This document shows positions 57,661 through 64,000 of a DNA stretch of 64,000 nucleotides, piece after piece. The notes under the pieces were generated by a model. The model was not told where the DNA came from and made no database searches. It saw only the letters and a program-made list of their open reading frames with translations. How positions within the stretch are numbered: the first letter of the stretch is position 1; each line of letters starts with the position of its first letter. The DNA is from Pseudomonadota bacterium (lineage in GTDB: Bacteria; Bdellovibrionota; Bdellovibrionia; Bdellovibrionales; Bdellovibrionaceae), in contig JBEGVH010000017.1 in assembly GCA_041178425.1 (NCBI GenBank), positions 1 through 64,000 on the forward strand, in the 5' to 3' direction. The position numbers and the translations under genes are program-made.

Positions 57661-58146
57661 ATGAAACGCCTAGTATTTTTGATGGCAGCCGTAATGTTGA
57701 TGGCCTTTGGCGCAGAGGCAAAAGAAATGAATCATCGCTTGGGAGTTGGCCCCAAATGGCCTTTTTCAATTGATCTCCCAGGAATAGGTATTCATTACTT
57801 TCCGAATAGTGATTATTGCGTAACGGGTGCCCTAGGTATCGAGACCGAAAAAGGGTCTTCAGCGTTTGGCCTGCAAGGTGGGATTCGACGTATATTTTTC
57901 GAAGAAAGAAACCTCAACTTTTTTGTGGGAGGAGCCTTTGGAATACTTTCTAATGAGGTTGCTGGATCAAACAGTTCTGGTTTTGAAATGATGGCCCTTT
58001 CGGGTGGAGAGTTCTTCTTTGAAGGGCTTGATAATTTAGGTTTCAACTTTCAAATGGGCGTTGGGGTGCAAAGTTTAAAAAGTGCAACTCGCTTTTTTAC
58101 CGTGGCGCACACTCCTGTACAGGGTGGCGTGATCTTTTACTTCTAA
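57661..58146 (+). CDS. Small outer membrane beta-barrel protein
   Basis: Signal peptide ending AEA, alternating amphipathic strands, C-terminal GVIFYF. Confidence 0.75.
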   Translation: MKRLVFLMAAVMLMAFGAEAKEMNHRLGVGPKWPFSIDLPGIGIHYFPNSDYCVTGALGIETEKGSSAFGLQGGIRRIFFEERNLNFFVGGAFGILSNEVAGSNSSGFEMMALSGGEFFFEGLDNLGFNFQMGVGVQSLKSATRFFTVAHTPVQGGVIFYF

Positions 58147-58162
58147 GGTTGATGGAGAATTT

Positions 58163-58543
58163 ATGAAAAAAATTATTAATACAGAGGCGGCCCCAGCTCC
58201 AGTAGGGCCTTATTCTCAGGCCGTACATGCGGGACCATTTTTGTTTTGTTCAGGTCAGATCGCTATTGATCCTCGCACTAACCAAGTGCTGCTTGGAACG
58301 GTCCAAGAACAAGCTGAGTTGGTAATGAAAAATATCGAGGGTGTTCTCAAGGCTGCTGGTGCTTCTTGGCAGAATATTGTGAAAACAACTATTTTTCTTA
58401 CTGATATGCAGGATTTTCCCAAAGTAAACGAAATTTATGGGCGGTATTTTCCCGAGAATCCACCGGCTCGTTCTACGATCGCTGTTGCAGGATTACCTAA
58501 AGGTGTAAATGTCGAAGTTGAAGTCACGGTTTATATCCCTTAA
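58163..58543 (+). CDS. ridA: RidA/YjgF reactive intermediate deaminase
   Basis: APAPVGPYSQAV, SGQIAIDP, VKTTIFL, PARS and LPKGVNVEVE. Confidence 0.93.
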   Translation: MKKIINTEAAPAPVGPYSQAVHAGPFLFCSGQIAIDPRTNQVLLGTVQEQAELVMKNIEGVLKAAGASWQNIVKTTIFLTDMQDFPKVNEIYGRYFPENPPARSTIAVAGLPKGVNVEVEVTVYIP

Positions 58544-59090
58544 AGTTGGCGCTTTCATCGCCTTTGTTTTATTGGGGGCCACCCTTTATCTTTATGTTCA
58601 TGAGATTAAGGGAATCATGGGTACTCCCAGAGAAGCGTGGGAAGAAGACCTCACGGCTGATTGTGCGATCGTGCTAACAGGGGGGCCTGGCCGAGTTAAG
58701 GAAGGCCTCGACATGCTGGTACGAAAACAAGTGCAGCGTTTGATTGTTTCGGGGGTAAATCCATCGGTTGGATTGAGAGACCTTTACCCCCAATTGGCCA
58801 TGTATCCAGACATCAATGACGAGCAAATTGTTTTAGAGCGCCATTCAGCCACAACTTTTGGAAATGCTCAGCAGTCGCTACCGATCGTCGAAGCCTTGCA
58901 GTGTCGTGATGTTTTGTTGGTGACTTCGTATCTTCATATGCGGCGATCCTATCGCACCTTTTTAGCCACTTTTCCTGAGGATGTACGAATAGTTCCCTAT
59001 GCTGTTTCGGGTAACGACTTTCCTCCGCATGTTTCAGATCTTATCGTAGAAGCCACGAAAGGCGCTTTCTATTCTCTTTGGGCCTATTAG
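58509..59090 (+). CDS. YdcF/DUF218 family protein
   Basis: N-terminal TM, AIVLTGG..RV, LIVSGV, SATTFGNA and LVTSYLHMRRS. Confidence 0.85.
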   Translation: MSKLKSRFISLKVGAFIAFVLLGATLYLYVHEIKGIMGTPREAWEEDLTADCAIVLTGGPGRVKEGLDMLVRKQVQRLIVSGVNPSVGLRDLYPQLAMYPDINDEQIVLERHSATTFGNAQQSLPIVEALQCRDVLLVTSYLHMRRSYRTFLATFPEDVRIVPYAVSGNDFPPHVSDLIVEATKGAFYSLWAY

Positions 59091-59512
59091 ATTTTACATG
59101 GGCGCTCGTTCATCAATACTATTTTGGAGTCTTCATTGGGGGAGACTGGATTCGGTGTTCGTAATTGAATGGGGCTTGGTGCGAGGTCTGTTAGACTGTC
59201 CTGCTTTGTTGAGACCTTTGTGGGAGTGGCTTCGATCGAGCCTCGATAAAACCGGAGGGGTTTGTTTAAACTTGCTTTTACAACGACGGCTTGATCAATT
59301 TTATTGTTGCTTAGGTCTTGTAATGATTCCGAGAGTTCTAGAGTCGTTTCCGACATAGACTTTTCGTATAGCTTTAAGACTATTTTAGATTCTTCTTTTC
59401 GAATGTAACCCCAAAATTCAAAATCACCGCAGCCAGAAAGTGCAATGGCAGGCTCGCCCAAGAAAACGAGGAGATTGATTGATATACAAATTAAAACACA
59501 AAGTCTTTGCAT
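59087..59512 (-). CDS. Small secreted hypothetical protein (terminal Cys pair)
   Basis: Signal peptide, CGDF near the mature N-terminus and PCKI at the C-terminus; overlaps the upstream peptidase gene. Confidence 0.6.
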   Translation of the reverse strand: MQRLCVLICISINLLVFLGEPAIALSGCGDFEFWGYIRKEESKIVLKLYEKSMSETTLELSESLQDLSNNKIDQAVVVKASLNKPLRFYRGSIEATPTKVSTKQDSLTDLAPSPIQLRTPNPVSPNEDSKIVLMNERPCKI

Positions 59513-60780
59513 GGATTGGCACCTTTCGCCTCTTTGGAGTATTGTTTGTAGAGGAGTGAGTACAATTTCTTCTCCTCAATGGCGACTTTTTCGGCTTCGA
59601 CCTCGAGTGAGGGGAGCTTGGTGAGATTAGCAGTGGCCGTTTTCCATTTTTTGAATTCAGCAGACTTCACAAAGTGATCCAAGGCTTTGTGTTTTAATTG
59701 ATCTCGCTCATTCAGTTTCTTTGAGGAGCCTTTGAGGTCTTGGTACGAGGCTTCGAGGGCATCAAAGGTACCACACAGTTGCCAGTCATTGTTGTAGTCG
59801 ATGCATTTTCGAGGGCCCAAAGAACTGGCCGCATCAATCTTTGATTGTACAGATTTTCTTTTGTTGTTGTAGGTTTCAATGGCTTTTTTCAATCCAGACA
59901 ATTCGTTCGAATTGACGGAGGCGTGAGTTAATCGTTGTAATTCGTCTTGAAGCTTTTTGAAGTCGGAGCATTGGGCACCAAAAGTTTTTTTTGTATCGGT
60001 GTTTGGGGATTTAAGAGTGTCGAGATCCATCATCGCATGGCTGAGAGATTTGGTGGTTTCGTAGGCCTTGCGTCCGGCGGGCGAAGAAATTTGGGGGGCA
60101 GCAAGAACATCTGGAGAAAGATTGCGCATGTTTAAAAAGACGTCTTCGATGCTAGCGCCAGGTTTGATTTTTTCGGCGAAATCAGACCCTGTTGTATTAT
60201 AACCAACGCCCTCACCAGTGCCTGTCACTACACAAGTTTTATTGGTTGCTAGCGCTAAAGTGTATCCAGAGTGGCAAGAAGCATCAAAGATGGCGAGTTT
60301 TACGCCTTTGCTCTCAGCAAGGTCTCTTAGCTTTTTCATCTCATCAACGTTGAACTCGCCATTGGTGGTAACAACAGTATGAGTAAGGTTTTTTCCTGTA
60401 GGACTCAATCCGTGGGTGACTATATTTAAAAACAGTTGATCACCTTTTTTGATAGAACCGCTACGAATGGCCATTTGGAGGTCTGCTATGGTGGAGTTCA
60501 TTCCGGCGGTGGTGGCAGATTTATTTGATCCCTTGGCATATTTAGCGATCATTTTCTCTGTATCAGAGTGTCCGCCATCGAAAACAGAGATCTTGCGCCA
60601 TTGACTGAAGGCCGATGAAGTCATGAGCGTTTTGTAGGTGGAATCAAAAATAGTTTTTGATCCGCTATCACCACCGCCACCCATCACTACCATGTGGTTT
60701 TCGGCAAAAGCAATGGAGCAAAGAGAATTCAAAAAAAAGGGGACCATTACCAATCTGAGCCGACGTGAGAATGCTAACAT
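59491..60780 (-). CDS. Secreted caspase/legumain-fold (clan CD, C13/C14-like) cysteine peptidase
   Basis: Signal peptide; GDQLFLNIVTHG (His) and LAIFDASCHSG (Cys) dyad motifs; helical C-terminal region. Confidence 0.7.
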   Translation of the reverse strand: MLAFSRRLRLVMVPFFLNSLCSIAFAENHMVVMGGGGDSGSKTIFDSTYKTLMTSSAFSQWRKISVFDGGHSDTEKMIAKYAKGSNKSATTAGMNSTIADLQMAIRSGSIKKGDQLFLNIVTHGLSPTGKNLTHTVVTTNGEFNVDEMKKLRDLAESKGVKLAIFDASCHSGYTLALATNKTCVVTGTGEGVGYNTTGSDFAEKIKPGASIEDVFLNMRNLSPDVLAAPQISSPAGRKAYETTKSLSHAMMDLDTLKSPNTDTKKTFGAQCSDFKKLQDELQRLTHASVNSNELSGLKKAIETYNNKRKSVQSKIDAASSLGPRKCIDYNNDWQLCGTFDALEASYQDLKGSSKKLNERDQLKHKALDHFVKSAEFKKWKTATANLTKLPSLEVEAEKVAIEEKKLYSLLYKQYSKEAKGANPCKDFVF

Positions 60781-60881
60781 GCCTTCGATTTTCTATGAGT
60801 TTTTATTAGGAGAGCAGTCCTGAACGAAGGAGACTAGTCTTTGGTAGATGGTGTTTTCGCCCTTAAACAAATCTTATTGCC

Positions 60882-61958
60882 TCACGCAATGGGGTGAGCG
60901 GGGATTGGGGGAGTGAGGCTTTGATCGAAGGGCCGATAGTCCGAGCCGAAGGTGAGCTTCAACGCATGGTCTGAGAGGGCCTTGATAAGGTGGATGTTTT
61001 GGTTGGCGTCGGCCATGAGTTGCACAAACTGAAGGTCTGACCACTGGGGGGCGAGCGAGGGCACTTCCATGGGATCGAGTGCACCAAGAAGCCATTGTTT
61101 CAAGTAAGACCATGAGTGTGGGCAGTGGTAATAATCCAAATGAAAAGTGGGTGAGGCCCTCACGGAGGGAAGCTCGGAAAGTAGCGGCTCCTCGATGAGA
61201 AACGCTAATCGTTGATAGACTTCATCCATCGCCTTTTCACAAGCCTCTTTGAGGTGGGCACGGGCACCCCACCCCAGTAGTAGGGGTAAATCCGCCGCCC
61301 GCGGAAACCCAAAAATTCCCACCACAGCGAGGCCCTGTTTGAGATCGTTGTCGTCGCCAAAATGGTAAGCGGCAAGGTCGAATTTCTCTGCGAGTACTCC
61401 TGGCCAATGAATGATCGACGCAGGCAATCGCCGGGGAGCTTGTCGCCCGTACCAGAAGCGCAAGAATCGATCGCGTTCGAGCAATTCAAATCCAGCACTA
61501 TTAATGGCATTCGTTAAAGAGCAATGCAAGGCTACACCATTCGATTTAGAGTAAACCCAATTTGTTTCTATTGTGTTGGGCCCGGGGAAAACCTTCTCGC
61601 ACGCAACGGAGGAAACCTTTTTCCCTCCACGGTTGAGCAGAGGAAACTCAGCATGAGGCTCTGTGACACATCTTTGAAGGCGCTCCCATAGATGCGCTCG
61701 CTCCAATAATTCAAAGAATGCTCGTTCGGTTATTTTTAATCGAGCCTCTTTTGCAGCCGAAATTCCCGCAGAAGATTGGGGGTTCTCTAACCATGCGGCG
61801 GAGCCCGCGAGATGAGTGCGGTCTTCCTCCTCGAAACTGAGGCCTCTTCGGTGCAGTCTCCATTCACCGAAGGGCAGGCTGTCTTCGAGCACAGAGATTC
61901 GGCCCCATTCCGGGGGCAAGGGGTATGTCCTGAGTAGGGCCGCGAGGGCTTTGTTCAT
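60882..61958 (-). CDS. YcaO-family ATP-dependent amide-activating enzyme (stand-alone)
   Basis: RAFFELLER, SKSNGVALH...AINSAGFELLERD, GWGA...ACEKAMDEVYQ and Pro-rich C-terminus PPIPAHPIA. Confidence 0.8.
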   Translation of the reverse strand: MNKALAALLRTYPLPPEWGRISVLEDSLPFGEWRLHRRGLSFEEEDRTHLAGSAAWLENPQSSAGISAAKEARLKITERAFFELLERAHLWERLQRCVTEPHAEFPLLNRGGKKVSSVACEKVFPGPNTIETNWVYSKSNGVALHCSLTNAINSAGFELLERDRFLRFWYGRQAPRRLPASIIHWPGVLAEKFDLAAYHFGDDNDLKQGLAVVGIFGFPRAADLPLLLGWGARAHLKEACEKAMDEVYQRLAFLIEEPLLSELPSVRASPTFHLDYYHCPHSWSYLKQWLLGALDPMEVPSLAPQWSDLQFVQLMADANQNIHLIKALSDHALKLTFGSDYRPFDQSLTPPIPAHPIA

Positions 61959-62608
61959 GCGCCCTCCGCGAGTTCATTCAGATGGTCATTGATCATTATG
62001 GCGGCTTTTTGAAGCGCATTCATAAATAGTAACTGTTTATCTTCGGTGTCGACCAGATCAACGATCACACCCAGATCATGAACCACGTGGTCTTTATCGA
62101 GCTCTTCGTGGAGAGCAATCACCGAGAGCGAGCTCCGGGGGTAACCCGCTTTTTCGAGGCTCTCTAAAAAGGGGGGAGCTGCGAGAACGGTAAAATACTC
62201 AACAAACGTAATGTAGGCCAGGTAAGACAAGGGGTGATTGGTGCTGAGGTCTCCCACCCAGGTCATGAGGAGTTGATTTGCTTGGGTGATGTCAGAGTCG
62301 AGTGCGATATCTTGAGCCGCTCCCAAAGCATCAAGATCATTCATGGCCCAAGCGTCATGGCCAATTTCTTCGTTGAATTTATCGGTCATAAAGGCGCTTA
62401 GCTCTGCCAGGCCTCGCACTTGTGCCACGTCGCGCGCCTTAGTTAAGTGAATAGGTGTATGGCGAACGGCATAGAGACAATTTTTAACATAGCGAACAAC
62501 GAGGTCTTTGGTGAGATGGCCATTTTGAGCAGTCAATACGAGTTTATTGTTCGTAAGTATATTTTTAGTGGCAGTTTCGATTTCGGTTTTTATTTTTTGA
62601 TCAAACAT
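61955..62608 (-). CDS. Heme-oxygenase-like diiron oxidase (HDO; iron-containing redox enzyme, CADD/PqqC/TenA fold)
   Basis: All-helical; EEIGHDAWAMNDL, Y-x3-VEY and LHEELDKDH metal-ligand pattern; ATGA overlap with YcaO. Confidence 0.75.
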   Translation of the reverse strand: MFDQKIKTEIETATKNILTNNKLVLTAQNGHLTKDLVVRYVKNCLYAVRHTPIHLTKARDVAQVRGLAELSAFMTDKFNEEIGHDAWAMNDLDALGAAQDIALDSDITQANQLLMTWVGDLSTNHPLSYLAYITFVEYFTVLAAPPFLESLEKAGYPRSSLSVIALHEELDKDHVVHDLGVIVDLVDTEDKQLLFMNALQKAAIMINDHLNELAEGA

Positions 62609-62638
62609 TTGAACCTCCTGGTAGTGTGTTTGAAAGGC

Positions 62639-62665
62639 GGGGAGCCACCACCTGTGTAGCTCCCC
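62639..62665 (-). other. Intercistronic GC-rich stem-loop upstream of the HDO gene
   Basis: mRNA GGGGAGCUAC-ACAGGUG-GUGGCUCCCC, a 10-bp stem with one G-U pair. Confidence 0.6.
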
Positions 62666-62701
62666 ATTTTAATTAAAAGCTTAATTGAGCGAATTTCTTT
62701 T

Positions 62702-63406
62702 TCATGGCTTTCCTCCTTGTTTTTTGGTGATTGGAATCAATTCCCCCATTGGTGAATCCATTTGGGGGCGAGGCCCCGCACAGAATTGATCCAAAAAAAT
62801 TATTTCAGCGTTTGAGTTTAAAATCTTGGTAAAACGAATGAGTGCGCCCCATCGTTCCGAGAGGTTGAGTCCTGTTATATTGAACTGCAGTTTATTAAAA
62901 ACATGAACATTTACTAAATTGGCGGGAGACACGTCGGTCTCAACTCGGTCGATATGATGAGTGGCTAACACTGAAAGAAGATATTTTACAAATCCTTGAA
63001 TGCGACCTGCACTCGAAAAATCGCGTAGAATCATTCCATAGCGAAGGTAATAGGAGTGCCCATCCATAAGAGTGCCAATCACCAGCCCAATGGGCTGGCC
63101 CTGATGTGTTAACAGAAAGTGATCGGCTATTTTTTGGTAGTAACGGAGTTTGGCATCTGATGTACCTTCGGTGAAAAAACGGTTACCCCAGTATTCTAGC
63201 TGAAAAGTGCTTTTGTGGTGTTCGAGGATAAACTGCTGGGCTGTAGAGGCATCGATGATTTCGATCTGGTCAAAGGTTGTGAGTGAATAAGGAAAAACTT
63301 TGCTCCAATCGAGATCAAAAATAAACTCCGAAAGTGGGCGCTCGGAGTTTTGGTGGTTGGTCTCCTTAGTGGCCTCTGGCGCATTGTTCAAGGCTTCTGC
63401 CTTCAT
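62702..63406 (-). CDS. GNAT-fold acyltransferase-like protein
   Basis: FLLTHQGQPIG, YYLRYGMILRDFSSAG (motif A-like) and VETDVSPANLVNVHVFNKLQFNITG (motif B-like); CAGGAGG RBS. Confidence 0.6.
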   Translation of the reverse strand: MKAEALNNAPEATKETNHQNSERPLSEFIFDLDWSKVFPYSLTTFDQIEIIDASTAQQFILEHHKSTFQLEYWGNRFFTEGTSDAKLRYYQKIADHFLLTHQGQPIGLVIGTLMDGHSYYLRYGMILRDFSSAGRIQGFVKYLLSVLATHHIDRVETDVSPANLVNVHVFNKLQFNITGLNLSERWGALIRFTKILNSNAEIIFLDQFCAGPRPQMDSPMGELIPITKKQGGKP

Positions 63407-63803
63407 AAAAACCTCCTGTTGTTTTCAGGTTGAAGGCGGTGAAATCTGGTTGCGAGTTAATTTTTTTTAAACGCTTATTTTGTGTGCTTATAAAACTTTG
63501 GGCGAAAAATCAAAATTTGCAGAAAGGGTTGGATTCATTGGGGGAGTGAGCCCTTTGAGTAACAAAGGAATCTTTGAGCCTTGGCAGTGAGACGTGGGCG
63601 GAATCACTTTGAATCAATTGTGGTGATGGAAAGTTTTGAAATGCTGACTGAGAGTTCGACGATATTTAAGAGAACAGGCCTTACGTGGGTAGTTTCTGAT
63701 TGGTTTAATTAGCCACTGACCATTCTGAATTTCGGTGCTCTAATGAAAGGAGTCCATCGCCGGGGCATTGATTGCTATTTGTAGGTAAGGGGAGAAAGAA
63801 TAA

Positions 63804-64000
63804 GTGAAAAAACAAAACAGCATGATTCACTTTGTTGATAAAACGAACTATTTGGTGAACGGCTTATCGATGGTCACGTCGATTATTTTAATCCTTAAAC
63901 CCTCCCCGCTTGAGTTTTTAGTTTTTTCGTTTGTGGTCGATCCGATTGGCATGATGTTAGCCAATTTTATTTCGCCCCGATGGTATTTTCGTCGGTACCC
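63804..64000 (+). CDS. N-terminus of a membrane protein (runs off the right edge), divergent from the GNAT-HDO-YcaO operon
   Basis: AAGGGGAG RBS-like sequence, then GTG; reads VKKQNSMIHFVDKTNYLVNGLSMVTSIILILKPSPLEFLVFSFVVDPIGMMLANFISPRWYFRRY and stays open to the edge. Confidence 0.55.
   Translation, partial: MKKQNSMIHFVDKTNYLVNGLSMVTSIILILKPSPLEFLVFSFVVDPIGMMLANFISPRWYFRRY

Noticed and set aside
63761..63776. Sigma-54-like CGGGGCATTGATTGCT before the edge ORF
   Set aside because: GGCA is two bases too close to TTGC; the only GG-N10-GC register lacks the TGGCAC context.
63407..63803. Possible RiPP precursor peptide upstream of the GNAT-HDO-YcaO operon
   Set aside because: Minus-strand ATG ORFs here are only 4-19 aa (e.g. 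MNPTLSANFDFSPKVL), lack an RBS and show no leader/core pattern.

Overview
A gene-dense bacterial chromosomal segment that looks like Bdellovibrionota (inferred from a cNMP-EAL protein like Bd1971, mreCD-mrdA-rodA divergent from a PpiD gene, and many orphan secreted proteins). Housekeeping content: mreC-mreD-mrdA-rodA-rlmE (no mreB), ppiD, recO, psd, two divergent PTPS paralogs, ppx with a full pstSCAB-phoU-phoBR cluster, murB, tRNA-Ala(GGC) and ridA. Accessory and secreted content: a >1180-aa M48 metallopeptidase protein missing from the ORF track, an HNH/DUF1524 nuclease, an M4/M36 peptidase, a fungal-type GH15 glucoamylase, an SdpAB-like pair, a CzcC-CzcA locus with no CzcB, a 1257-aa LamG/CxxCH/CARDB lipoprotein, a solo GroEL divergent from a DksA-CBS fusion, and a caspase-fold peptidase. 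The best candidate for an undescribed system is at the right end: a GNAT-like acyltransferase, a heme-oxygenase-like diiron oxidase (HDO) and a stand-alone YcaO, with no E1/TfuA/SagB partner and no visible precursor peptide, divergent from a membrane protein cut by the window edge. I saw no CRISPR array, integrase or transposase. All calls come from reading motifs by eye; no database search was run.
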